DNA of 64,000 nt from Macrostomum lignano (GCA_002269645.1 NIVC01001981.1:1-64000); one strand, 5' to 3'. Positions 24,162 to 38,637 are shown, counted from the stretch's first letter. Notes: generated from the sequence alone by a model not told the origin. Program-made: numbers and translations.

Positions 24162-24609
24162 TGGTTGTTTTCAGTCGCTTTTTGTTTTCTTGATTTGCTT
24201 ACCTGTGAAAGAAAGTTGCGAGCTTTAACTAATTATTGTTAGAAGTCCTCTATAACGAAATGTTTTCTCATATATAGTTTCAACTCACTGAATGAAGTGT
24301 TATAAATATCTATTGTGTGGATGAAATGGCATCAAATACGAGCCGTATATTAGGGAATCATTAGCACCTGAGCATCACCTCAAAGGGAATTATTAGCACC
24401 ACCTGAGGGGGAATCATTACCTAAGAAGACCTCAAAGAGATTAAAAAATGAGCAATAAAATAGGACAAATGCAGTCAACACCTAAGAAACTGGAGCGCAA
24501 CGTCCTTGATCTACTTCAGTTGTCCAAGTCACCCACAATTATTCGTTAGGTTTCAATGAATCTATAGGCCTTAATCGAGTAATTGATAGCTAAAATTAGA
24601 CAAATAATA

Positions 24610-25439
24610 TAGCTTTGCAGCCCATTCGGGCTTACGCGCATTGAGTTTAATCCAAGATACGTTTGCCAATGCAACGCAGCTTTTGTCTATGGTAGCAAGG
24701 CTGGCACAGCGGCTTTTAATTTGGTCCAACAAGCATCAATTTGGTCCACAGCGACTATGAAACCCGATCAAGAGTTGCAGCTGTAGAATTCAATTTATTT
24801 AAGCAAATTTCACTGTACTAAAGTAACACCTGGTAACATCAGAAACGTATTCTACTTAACTATAACTACGGAACAAAGGTTTTATTAGCAAAGTCAAAGC
24901 TCCGCTGAGGAAAACAAAGATTAATTGATTTTCTCCTGCAATTCAAGCGGGCACGAAACGCAGCATCTGCCGATACCAACCTGCACACTTAAGGTGTGAT
25001 GGCGGCTGTAGCGGCCTCCGCAACGCGCTGAAGTACCAGTATTCTCCATTGGCCAAGGGTGGTGTTTGGAGGCGGCTGATCAAGCTCTAGTTGGGTGGCC
25101 GGGTCACTGAGCTCTTGTTTGATTACAGCCTTCAGGCAGGAATGGGCAGCCTCGACAGGATTCAGAAACGGAGAATATGGGGGCAATTGGATGAGCTGGA
25201 TCCTGTCCTGATGTACTTCCGGAATCCGGGTTCCGTTATGAAACCGCGCACCATCCATAATGATTAAAATCTAGGGGTAAAACTATCTACAGCCGCTATG
25301 GACCAAATTGATGCTTGTTGGACCAAATGAAAAGCCGCTGTGCCAGCCTTGCTACCATAGACAAAAGCTGCGTTACACTGGCAAACGTATATTGGATTAA
25401 ATTCAATGCGCGTAAGCCCGAATGGGCTGCAAAAAGCTA
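24610..25439 (-). mobile_element. Internally deleted Tc1/mariner (IS630-type) element with about 150-bp TIRs and a transposase remnant
   Basis: Inverted repeats at about 24610-24757 and 25290-25439, flanked by TA. Minus-strand remnant ILIIMDGARFH...LPPYSPFLNPVE (24989-25270), then a frameshifted KCAGWYRQMLRFVPA*. Confidence 0.85.
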
Positions 25440-25811
25440 TATTAAAGTCCGAGACAATGCAGATGTCAACGGCATGCTGCTGCCACAGAGGTGAATTTCA
25501 AGCTCTCACGGATTGTAAAAAGTAGATTTTATTGCTGGTGTAAGCTCTAAGGGCTGTGTGGATGGCTGTATGGATATGAATGAAGATTTTGAGTTGAATT
25601 TGCCTGGACAATGTAGCATTAATTATGTATATACATCCAGCATTGTGAAGCTCGCTTGTTCTCAAGTTATCCCTGCTGGGCTGCTGCTGGGCAGTGAAAA
25701 CATGCGGGTTTTTGCTACTGCTGGCTCTCTCTTCCAGAGGAAAGCATTTCTGCTGCAGGCATTAGGAAATATATTGTGACTACTGCTGCTGCGAACTGCG
25801 AGCATTGTCTC

Positions 25812-26696
<885 letters not shown>

Positions 26697-27280
26697 AAAA
26701 CCATTTTGTAATCAAATTGCAACTTACGAATCAGTCCAACGAAGGCTCTCTTTAAGCAGCAGAGATTCTGTGGGCGCAAGAAACAAACTGATTGATTTCA
26801 GCTTTTATGACCGCAATCTTCAGCCAATGACAGCTCAGGGCGCCCTGGTGCCTCCCCGGAGTTCAATGTCGCATTCAGTCTGGGCAAAATCTGTTTGAAT
26901 CTGCCTCATTGGTTGGACTTTCACTTTTTTTGCTCCCATCGGAGTTTCGTTTCAAAGTTTTTCGTGAGGAACTTTTTTAATCTTTTTGCTTTTTATTGAT
27001 GCAACAAAGCTTCAAAAGTTGGTATTGTCTTTGTTGGAAGCAATAACCGGGTTGGTGCGGACCCGGAAAAGGAGCTAAAACATTGGAAAGCAATGACAAA
27101 ATTAAAATTTTTTATTAATTTATGAAAGAATTCTTTTTTGGATTGCAAAATTTACTGCATTCAGATGGGTTTTGAGAGCTTTTTCACATCTGCCTGCGCC
27201 CGAGCGGCACATTCCGAAATTTCAATTTAATGCCATAAAAAAGTAATCTGTCTAGTCAGCTGTTAACAAATTCAATTCAT

Positions 27281-27986
<706 letters not shown>

Positions 27987-28404
27987 TTTCCTTTACTTGT
28001 ATTCTGCATCTCAGCTATCTGCCAATGCCTTACAGGGATTCCCCCTATTCGGAGTCGTACTTTTGAGAATAAATCTTTTCATTCAAATACTGTCGTAGCA
28101 CTTTCTTACCTCTTTGAAAATGTCATTCAGTCAACAATTAAGCTTTTTTTCAAGCAGCTTCCACCTCATATTCCCCTATTCATCAGCTTTATTGTCTTCC
28201 AAAGGAATAAATTCTGTTGAAATTCAGAAGGAAATTTCCCAAAATGTGACATGCAATCAGCGTACCTGGCATTTGCGGCTGCATTTGAGTCAGAGCTGTT
28301 TAGCGCGTCACTTAGCCTAGCAACTGCAGGCCAACTTGCTGTGCGACTCTCTTGTATTGGGTGTGCATCCTTTTCTATGATATGCTGTGTCTGGCAGGCA
28401 TAAT

Positions 28405-29335
28405 GTCTACAAGTGTGACATCCGTATCTAACAGGCGTGACATCCGTATATAACATTTGTGATCTCTGTATCTAACAGGCGCGATATACGTTATCTTTCA
28501 GGCGTGACATGCGTATCTAACAGGCGTGACATGCGTATCTAACAGGTGTCACATCGGTATCTAACAGTTGTGATATCCATATCTAACAGTTGTGATATCC
28601 ATATCTAACAGTTGTGATCTCCGTATCTAACAGGTGTGGCATCCGTATCTAACAGGCGTGATATACGTATCTAACAGGCGTGACATCCGTATCTAACAGG
28701 CGTGACATACGTATCTAACAGGCGTGATATACGTATCTAACAGGCGTGACATCCGTATCTAACAGGCGTGATATACGTATCTAACAGGCGTGACATCCGT
28801 ATCTAACAGGCGTGACATCCGTATATAACAGGTGTGGCATCCGTATCTAACAGGTGTGGCATCCGTATCTAACAGGTGTGACATACGTATCTAACAGGCG
28901 TGATATACGTATCTAACAGGCGTGACATCCGTATCTAACAGGTGTGGCATCCATATCTAACAGGTGTGGCATCCGTATCTAACAGGTGTGGCATACGTAT
29001 CTAACAGGTGTGACATCCGTATCTAACAGGTGTGGCATCCGTATCTAACAGGCGTGACATCCGTATCTAACAGGTGTGGCATCCGTATCTAACAGGTGTG
29101 GCATACGTATCTAACAGGTGTGACATCCGTATCTAACAGGTGTGGCATCCGTATCTAACAGGTGTGGCATCCGTATCTAACAGGTGTGGCATCCGTATCT
29201 AACAGGTGTGGCATCCGTATCTAACAGGTGTGGCATCCGTATCTAACAGGTGTGGCATCCGTATCTAACAGGTGTGGCATACGTATCTAACAGGTGTGAC
29301 ATCCGTATCTAACAGGTGTGGCATCTATATCTAAA
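28405..29335. repeat. 22-bp minisatellite
   Basis: Unit CATCCGTATCTAACAGGTGTGG, about 42 copies. Confidence 0.95.
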
Positions 29336-29610
29336 AAGTGACTGACCGCAGGAACAAGCTGTACAGCACAGCAACTACGAGTTACATTCGAGTGACAAGT
29401 CTACGAACAAATAAGTAGCATAAAGACATTAGATTAATCAAACAAAGAAATGACACAATCCACAAAAGTACCGATTGGGGCCGAACGAAGCATCACGTGA
29501 CAGAATTCAGGCCATAGATTGGTTCAACCACTGCTAGCTGCTAAGCTTCGTGAAATCGGCCCCTGCTGCTATCCTTTCGGTTTGTACTGGAAGGAAGTTT
29601 TCGACCATAG

Positions 29611-29701
29611 ACCAACTGGGTCAAACAGATTCTCCTTAGCATTACCTTAACTGACCTGGCAATACTAGCTGGCAATTCTAGACAGTTCATTTTTACCGGT
29701 A
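29611..29701 (+). CDS. Candidate upstream exon of the multi-pass membrane protein gene
   Basis: CATAG|ACC AAC TGG GTC...ACC GGT A|GTAAGC (TNWVKQILLSITLTDLAILAGNSRQFIFTG). Its phase-1 end fits the acceptor at 30946. Confidence 0.4.
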
Positions 29702-29879
29702 GTAAGCTCTTTGAAAAGTTAAAATCAAGCTTCGTTATTTACCGTTTTCTATTGCCTAAAAGTAATTAAACTACAAAAAATTCTTTTCCATGGCTGGATA
29801 TGAAACAAAGCTGAAAAGTGAGTTCTTGTTAGTGGCATTTATGACGAATTTGCTGCTTAGTCCTAATCATATCTTCATC

Positions 29880-30910
29880 TAGATCCTAATCCAGATTGTA
29901 ACCCTTGATAATCCAGATCCCAATCCATGATAATCCAGATCCCAATCCACGATAATCCAGATCCCAATTCATGATAATCTAGATCCCAATCCATGATAAT
30001 CCAGATCCCAATCCAGATCCCAATCTAGATCCCAATCCACGATAATCCAGATCCCAATTCATGATAATCTAGATCCCAATCCATGATAATCTAGATCCCA
30101 ATCCAGATCCCAATCTAGATCCCAATCCACGATAATCCAGATCCCAATTCATGATAATCTAGATCCCAATCCATGATAATCTAGATCCCAATCCAGATCC
30201 CAATCTAGATCCCAATCCACGATAATCCAGATCCCAATCCAGATCCCAATCCAGATTGTAACCCTTGATAATCCAGATCCCAATCCATGATAATCCAGAT
30301 CCCAATCCATAATAATCCAGATCCCAATCCAGATCCCAATCTAGATCCCAATCCACGATAATCCAGATCCCAATCTAGATCCCAATTCATGATAATCCTG
30401 ATCCCAATTCATGATAATCCAGATCCCAATCCACGATAATCCAGATCCCAATCCATGATAATCCAGATCCCAATCCACGATAATCCAGATCCCAATCCAC
30501 GATAATCCAGATCCCAATCCACGATAATCCAGATCCCAATCCACGATAATCCAGATCCCAATCCACGATAATCCAGATCCCAATCCATGATAATCCAGAT
30601 CCCAATCCACGATAATCCAGATCCCAATCCACGATAATCCAGATCCCAATCCACGATAATCCAGATCCCAATCCATGATAATCCAGATCCCAATCCACGA
30701 TAATCCAGATCCCAATCCACGATAATCCAGATCCCAATCCACGATAATCCAGATCCCAATCCATGATAATCCAGATCCCAATCCACGATAATCCAGATCC
30801 CAATCCACGATAATCCAGATCCCAATCCACGATAATCCAGATCCCAATCCATGATAATCCAGATCCCAATCCACGATAATCCAGATCCCAATCCACGATA
30901 ACCCAGATGC
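29880..30910. repeat. 22-bp minisatellite
   Basis: Unit ATAATCCAGATCCCAATCCACG. Confidence 0.95.
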
Positions 30911-30946
30911 CAATCCGCTAAATCACAACATTTCGCAAACCCGCAG

Positions 30947-33900
30947 TCAGTGACCAAGGCTTCAAATGCTCGTGGCCGTTTATTGAACACCCGAACTGGA
31001 AGGTCTCCAAGGATCTGAGCTCAGTGAAGTTCGATACCACGATAAAAAACAACTTGTTAACTCAGGCGAATCTTCTATCGTTTGCCTTCTTTTCCTCCAT
31101 GGGCCTGGCCATTGTTCTCGTGCACCTGGCCGGCAGGTACAGCACCAGGCGCAAATACTACGAACCCCTGGCCTCGGAGGTCAAGGCCTACTCAGCCGAG
31201 ATGGGCAGCACAGTGCAGAAGACCGCCCTGGATAGGGCCGTTTTTGACTGCCAGGAAGTTCCAGACTTCGCTGTTAGCATAGTGCTGGCTATGCTGGACC
31301 CGCTGAGCCTCAGCTACTCCTTCGATGTGGCGCTGCACGACTACGGAAGGTGATCCCAGATCCCAGATCCCAGATCCCAGATCCCAGATCCTAGATCCCA
31401 GATCCCCATCCCAGATCCTAGATCCCAGATTTCAGATCTATATCCCGGATCCTAGATCCCGGATCCCAGATCCCAAGATCCCAGATCCTAGATCCCAGAT
31501 CCCCATCCCAGATCCTAGATCCCAGATCCTAGATCCCAGATCCTAGATCCCAGATCCTAGATCCCAGATTCCAGATTCCAGATTTCAGATCCCAAATTCC
31601 AGATCCTAGATCCCGGATCCCAGATCCTAGATCTCAGATCCCAGATTTCAAATTCCAGATTCCATATCCCAGATCCTAGATCCCGGATCCCAGATCCTAG
31701 ATCCCAGATCCCAGATTTCAGATTCCAGATTCCATATCCCAGATCCCAGATACCAAGATCCCAGATCCTAGATCCCAGATCCCCATCCCAGATCCTAGAT
31801 CCCAGATTTCAGATCTATATCCCGGATCCTAGATCCCGGATCCTAGATCCCGGATCCCAGATCCCAAGATCCCAGATCCTAGATCCCAGATCCCCATCCC
31901 AGATCCTAGATCCCAGATTCCAGATTCCAGATTTCAGATCCCAAATTCCAGATCCTAGATCCCGGATCCCAGATCCTAGATCCCAGATCCCAGATTTCAA
32001 ATTCCAGATTCCATATCCCAGATCCTAGATACCAAGATCCCAGATCCTAGATCCCAGATCCCCATCCCAGATCCTAGATCCCAGATTTCAGATCTATATC
32101 CCGGATCCTAGATCCCGGATCCCAGATCCCAAGATCCCAGATTCTAGATCCCAGATCCCCATCCCAGATCCTAGATCCCAGATTCCAGATTCCAGATTTC
32201 AGATCCCAAATTCCAGATCCTAGATCCCGGATCCCAGATTCCAGATCCCAGATCCCAGATCCCAGATTTCAGATTCCAGATTCCATATCCCAGATCCCAG
32301 ATACCAAGATCCCAGATCCTAGATCCCAGATCCCAGATACCAAGATCCCAGATCCTAGATCCCAGATCCCCATCCCAGATCCTAGATCCCAGATTTCAGA
32401 TCTATATCCCGGATCCTAGATCCCGGATCCCAAATACCAAGATCCCAGATCCTAGATCCCAGATCCCCATCCCAGATCCTAGATCCCAGATTTCAGATCT
32501 ATATCCCGGATCCTAGATCCCGGATCCCAAATACCAAGATCCCAGATCCTAGATTTCAGATCTATATCCCGGATCCTAGATTTCAGATCTATATCCCGGA
32601 TCCTAGATCCCGGATCCCAAATACCAAGATCCCAGATCCTAGATCCCAGATCCCCATCCCAGATCCTAGATCCCAGATTTCAGATCTATATCCCGGATCC
32701 TAGATCCCGGATCCCAAATACCAAGATCCCAGATCCTAGATCCCAGATCCCCATCCCAGATCCTAGATCCCAGATTTCAGATCTATATCCCGGATCCTAG
32801 ATCCCGGATCCTAGATCCCGGATCCTAGATCCCGGATCCTAGATCCCGGATCCTAGATCCCGGATCCTAGATCCCGGATCCTAGATCCCGGATCCTAGAT
32901 CCCGGATCCTAGATCCCGGATCCTAGATCCCGGATCCTAGATCCCGGATCCTAGATCCCGGATCCTAGATCCCGGATCCCAGATCCCAAGATCCCAGATT
33001 CTAGATTCCAGATTCCATATCCCAGATCCCAGATACCAAGATCCCAGATCCTAGATCCCAGATTTCAGATCTATATCCCGGATCCTAGATCCCGGATCCC
33101 AAATCCCAAGATCCCAGATTCTAGATCCCAGATCCCCATCCCAGATCCTAGATCCCAGATTCCAGATTCCAGATTTCAGATCCCAAATTCCAGATCCTAG
33201 ATCCCGGATCCCAGATCCTAGATCCCAGATCCCAGATTCCAGATTCCTTATCCTAGATCCCAGATCCCAGATCCCAGAATCTGAAAATACAGAAGCCAAA
33301 CATTCTCAACCCTTGCAGAGCCGTTCTGCCCACCATCGTAACGCTGCTGCTAACCAGATCCGTGTACTACACAATCGCCTATCACGTGTTCACCTATTGC
33401 TCTCGCGAGAATTTCAACTGTCTATCAGATTTCATTCATCGTCGATTTAATTCAATCGGCTTGGCCAACGTCAGCGCCACGCTGATGCTGGCCTACGAGA
33501 TCTGCCAGTTGGTGCTGATGTACAACCAGACGGCCAGAGAGATGTCCAGCATGATTGGCAGCAGCTTCCAATTTTGGCTTGTCTGTCTAAGCTGCATCAC
33601 CTTCTGCATGGCCGTGTGCGGCACTGGCAGTCTGGTGAAGATCTGCTTGCTGATTTACGGCTTGAGCATCATTGTGTACCTCTGGATGTGCCTGCAGATT
33701 CGGTTTCTGTTCGTGATGGAGGAGCCGAAAACGCATTTCGCTGCTTGGCAGTTGAAATCTTTTGAAACCAGGAGGGAACAGGCCATGAGCACACCAGACA
33801 CTCTGCTGTACGAGAGCAACATCATCTGCTCCCTGCTGGCAGCGCCACTGCTGCACACCGCCTCCAGGCTTGATCAGGTGAGCGCGACTTTGTGGCGCCA

Positions 33901-36900
33901 TTTTTGACCAATTTGTGCGTGTAGTTTTCTAGCGTCATTCTTCTTAGCGACTTTGTGGCGCCATTTTTGACCAATTTGTGCGGGTAGTTTTCTAGCGTCA
34001 TTCTTAGCGACTTTGTGGCGCCATTTTTGACCAATTTGTGCGGGTAGTTTTCTAGCGTCATTCTTATCGAGTTTTTGGCGCCTTTTTGACCAATTTGTGC
34101 GGGTAGTTTTCTAGCGTCATTCTTATCGACTTTGTGGCGCCATTTTTGACCAATTTGTGCGGGTAGTTTTCTAGCGTCATTCTTATCGAGTTTTTGGCGC
34201 CATTTTTGACCAATTTGTGCGGGTAGTTTTCTAGCGTCATTCTTATCGAGTTTTTGGCGCCATTTTTGACCAATTTGTGCGGGTAGTTTTCTAGTGTCAT
34301 TCTTATCGAGTTTTTGGCGCTATTTTTGACCAATTTGTGCGGGTAGTTTTCTAGCGTCATTCTAATCGAGTTTTTGGCGCCATTTTTGATCAATTTGTGC
34401 GGGTAGTTTTCTAGCGTCATTCTTAGCGACTTTGTGGCGCCATTTTTGACCAATTTGTGCGGGTAGTTTTCTAGCGTCATTCTTAGCGACTTTGTGGCGC
34501 CATTTTTGACCAATTTGTGCGGGTAGTTTCATGTTTGTGAAGTTGTCCACCAACCCCACACCTCAGACCGAGTACACAGTCTACCAACCCCACACCTCAG
34601 ACCGAGTACACAGTCTACCAACCCCACACCTCAGACCGAGTACACAGTCTACCAACCCCACACCTCAGACCGAGTACACAGTCTACCAACCCCACACCTC
34701 AGACCGAGTACACAGTCTACCAACCCCACACCTCAGACCGAGTACACAGTCTACCAACCCCACACCTCAGACCGAGTACACAGTCTACCAACCCCACACC
34801 CTCAGACCGAGTACACAGTCTACCAACCCCACACCCTCAGACCGAGTACACAGTCTACCAACCCCACACCCTCAGACCGAGTACACAGTCTACCAACCCC
34901 ACACCCTCAGACCGAGTACACAGTCTACCAACCCCACACCCTCAGACCGAGTACACAGTCTACCAACCCCACACCCTCAGACCGAGTACACAGTCTACCA
35001 ACCCCACACCCTCAGACCGAGTACACAGTCTACCAACCCACACCCTCAGACCGAGTACACAGTCTACCTACCCCACACCCTCAGACCGAGTACACAGTCT
35101 ACCAACCCCACACCCTCAGACCGAGTACACAGTCTACCTACCCCACACCTCAGACCGAGTACACAGTCTACCAACCCCACACCCTCAGACCGAGTACACA
35201 GTCTACCTACCCCACACCTCAGACCGAGTACACAGTCTACCAACCCCACACCCTCAGACCGAGTACACAGTCTACCAACCCCACACCCTCAGACCGAGTA
35301 CACAGTCTACCAACCCCACACCCTCAGACCGAGTACACAGTCTACCAACCCCACACCCTCAGACCGAGTACACAGTCTACCAACCCCACACCCTCAGACC
35401 GAGTACACAGTCTACCAACCCCACACCCTCAGACCGAGTACACAGTCTACCTACCCCACACCCTCAGACCGAGTACACAGTCTACCAACCCCACACCTCA
35501 GACCGAGTACACAGTCTACCAACCCCACACCCTCAGACCGAGTACACAGTCTACCAACCCCACACCCTCAGACCGAGTACACAGTCTACCAACCCCACAC
35601 CCTCAGACCGAGTACACAGTCTACCAACCCCACACCCTCAGACCGAGTACACAGTCTACCAACCCCACACCCTCAGACCGAGTACACAGTCTACCAACCC
35701 CACACCCTCAGACCGAGTACACAGTCTACCTACCCCACACCCTCAGACCGAGTACACAGTCTACCAACCCCACACCCTCAGACCGAGTACACAGTCTACC
35801 TACCCCACACCCTCAGACCGAGTACACAGTCTACCAACCCCACACCCTCAGACCGAGTACACAGTCTACCAACCCCACACCTCAGACCGAGTACACAGTC
35901 TACCTACCCCACACCTCAGACCGAGTACACAGTCTACCAACCCCACACCCTCAGACCGAGTACACAGTCTACCAGTCGCTAATCCGCCGGTTCCGCCGCA
36001 AGAGAGTCTTTGTCCGCGCTTTCCTACTCAACGTCAGCTACAACATGTGCCACAAGACTCTTCTCAGGTCTTTGTTTGCACTGCGCGCTAAAGAGGGCTG
36101 CGATCAGGTTGCAGCCGGAATCACCTGTCACTACGGTATGCTGAGCAAGGCGATGACTTCGCACGCCTCCTTGAAGGCTCTCTACCTGTCGTTGATTTTC
36201 TATCGGCCTGCTGGCTCGGCGGCGTCAAGGTGGTGGCCACGGCGCACGCGGCTACGCGCAGTCGAATGATGAGATCGTTTGTGGAGCTGTGCCTCATTGG
36301 CCAGCGCTGGGCCCACATGACTCGCTGGCGGAGGCAGAACGGCCTCATCTTGTTCAGGGGCTGCCGGTTGATTGACCTGCAGATCTACGTGTATAATGTG
36401 AGGGCCTGAGGGATGGCAGCTGGGGAGAGGGAGATGGGAGAGGGAGATGGGAGAGGGAGATGGGAGAGGGAGATGGGAGAGGGAGATAGGAGATAGGAGA
36501 GGGAGATGGGAGAGGGAGATGGGAGAGGGAGATGGGAGAGGGAGATGGGATAGAGAGAGATGGGAGGGGGAGATGGGAGAGGGAGATGGGAGAGGGAGAT
36601 GGGAGATGGGAGATGGGAGATGGGAGAGGGAGATGGGAGAGGGAGATAGGAGAGGGAGATGGGAGAGGGAGATGGGAGAGGGAGATGGGAGAGGGAGATG
36701 GGAGAGGGAGATGGGAGAGGGAGATGAGGGAGGGAGAAGGGAGAGGGAGATGGGAGAGGGAGATGGGGGAGGGAGAAGGAGAGGGAGATGGGAGAGGGAG
36801 ATGGGGAGGGAGATGGGAGAGGGAGATGGGAGAGGGAGATGGGAGAGGGAGATGGGAGAGAGAGATGGGAGAGAGAGATGGGAGAGGGAGATGGGGAGGG

Positions 36901-38070
36901 AGATGGAAAGGGAGATGGGAGAGGGAGATGGGAGAGGGAGATGGGAGAGAGAGATGGGAGAGAGAGATGGGAGAGGGAGATGGGGGAGGGAGATGAGAGA
37001 GGGAGATGGGAGAGGTAGATGGGAGAGGGAGATGGGATAGAGAGAGATGGGAGGGGAGATGGGAGAGGGAGATGAGGAGAGTGAGACGGAGACGATGAAA
37101 GTCAATCAATGAATCGATTGCCCAACCCCACCAGACTTTCATAGTTGCTCTCACCTGGTGCACTCTGCTGTTCTGCTTGGACAATCTGCCTCTGGATCCA
37201 TCGGTGCTGAAGGTGCAATTCGCCAACTATCTGATCCTGGACCTGCGCTTCATGATCTTCCTGAATGCCACCCTGCTAGGCCTGACCTTCCGCCGGCTGA
37301 GCCGCTCCGTGCTGTACTGGATTCTCGCGCTGTCCCTGCTGCTGTACTCCTACCAGATCCTGTGGGCCGACATGCTGACAGGCGACACCCTTCGCTACAA
37401 GCTGATGACGCCGATCTACAAGTCCCACGCCGCCTGGCTGCGCCGGAACTGCTCCAAGAAAATCCGGCTCCGCCCGGTGATCAACGTCGGCCAGAGAATT
37501 GTCGATCACGAGGTGCTGCACCTGGCGGATTCCGACGCATTCTACCCGACCATCGTGGGCCTGACGTGGTGTCTGGCCGCTCTGGCCAGCTGCCTGTTTG
37601 ACAGTCAGCTGGCGGTGCTGAAGAGCCCCTATTACTGCATTGGGGACTTGGCCAGCGTCAACTTCGCCAGGAGAATTAGCTCCGGGCTGGTGAACTGGGT
37701 CGCTCATCTTCTCAGTGCCGCCAGGGCTTCGCTGCAGTCGGTCCGCTGGTCCAATAAGCAAATCAATCGGAAATTTTGCTGCTGCCCCGCCAGCTGCCTC
37801 TGCTGCTCCTGCTGCGAGAAATCCGCGTCTCTGGCGTCGGCTGAGCAAAAAATGCAGCAACAGCAGCAACAGCAGCAGCAGCTGACGCCTCTGCTTCAAC
37901 AGGAGGAACTGGCCACAATGTCCATCGCCGAGCAGCTGGTGCGGGAGAAGTACACCAGGGAGGAGACTGAGCTGGTCCTGAGCAGCCTGGCTGAGGCGGG
38001 ACTAAGGCAGCGACTCATCGATGGCAGCAGGCGGACGAGCGCGTTCAGCGTCACTTCCGATCCAACCTAG
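30947..38070 (+). CDS. Uncharacterised multi-pass membrane protein (at least about 770 aa); exons 30947-31349, 33319-33877, 35976-36397 (apparent 1-nt deletion near 36205), 37135-38070; 5' end unresolved
   Basis: GC-rich coding blocks with matching splice phases (1, 2, 0, 0), many hydrophobic segments, and a Cys-rich (CCCPASCLCCSCC) and poly-Q tail. Family not recognised. Confidence 0.7.
31352..33280. repeat. 7-bp-based intronic satellite (AGATCCC/AGATCCT/AGATTCC) with higher-order units
   Basis: Begins 2 nt after the GT donor at 31350. Confidence 0.95.
33883..34530. repeat. 60-bp intronic minisatellite, about 10.5 copies
   Basis: Unit GCGACTTTGTGGCGCCATTTTTGACCAATTTGTGCGGGTAGTTTTCTAGCGTCATTCTTA. 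Confidence 0.95.
34548..35975. repeat. 34/35-bp intronic minisatellite, about 41 copies, ending at the splice acceptor
   Basis: Unit CCTCAGACCGAGTACACAGTCTACCAACCCCACAC; the last copy ends TCTACCAG. Confidence 0.95.
36415..37085. repeat. 13-bp polypurine minisatellite (GGGAGAGGGAGAT)
   Basis: Direct reading; same family at 39665-40285. Confidence 0.95.
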
Positions 38071-38637
38071 CTGATCCCAATCTAGCTGATCCCAATCTAG
38101 CTGATCCCAATCTAGCTGATCCCAATCTAGCTGATCCCAATCTAGCTGATCCCAATCTAGCTGATCCCAATCTAGCTGATCCCAATCTAGCTGATCCCAA
38201 TCTAGCTGATCCCAATCTAGCTGATCCCAATCTAGCTGATCCCAATCTAGCTGATCCCAATCTAGCTGATCCCAATCTAGCTGATCCCAATCTAGCTGAA
38301 CCCAATCTAGCTGATCCCAATCTAGCTGATCCCAATCTAGCTGATCCCAATCTAGCTGATCCCAATCTAGCTGATCCCAATCTAGCTGATCCCAATCTAG
38401 CTGATCCCAATCTAGCTGATCCCAATCTAGCTGATCCCAATCTAGCTGATCCCAATCTAGCTGATCCCAATCTAGCTGATCCCAATCTAGCTGATCCCAA
38501 TCTAGCTGATCCCAATCTAGCTGATCCTAATCTAGCTGATCCCAATCTAGCTGATCCTAATCTAGCTGATCCCAATCTAGCTGATCCTAATCTAGCTGAT
38601 CCCAATCTAGCTGATCCTAATCTAGCTGATCCCAATT
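38071..38637. repeat. 15-bp homogeneous minisatellite, about 38 copies, immediately after the stop codon
   Basis: Unit CTGATCCCAATCTAG. Confidence 0.97.

Noticed and set aside
28251-28394. Hydrophobic frame MQSAYLAFAAAFESELF... as the start of the membrane gene
   Set aside because: It is plausible, but I found no convincing donor in the required phase; left unresolved.
29477-29610. Open frame PLLAAKLREIGPCCYPFGLYWKEVFDH as an exon of the membrane gene
   Set aside because: It partly derives from an approximately 87-bp palindromic element (GGGGCCGA...TCGGCCCC) and would need a frameshift to join the next segment. No TSD is seen, so the element was not called either.
30947-38070. Assigning STRA6 or a gustatory-receptor name to the membrane protein
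   Set aside because: Only short, low-complexity motif resemblance; this needs profile or structure searches.
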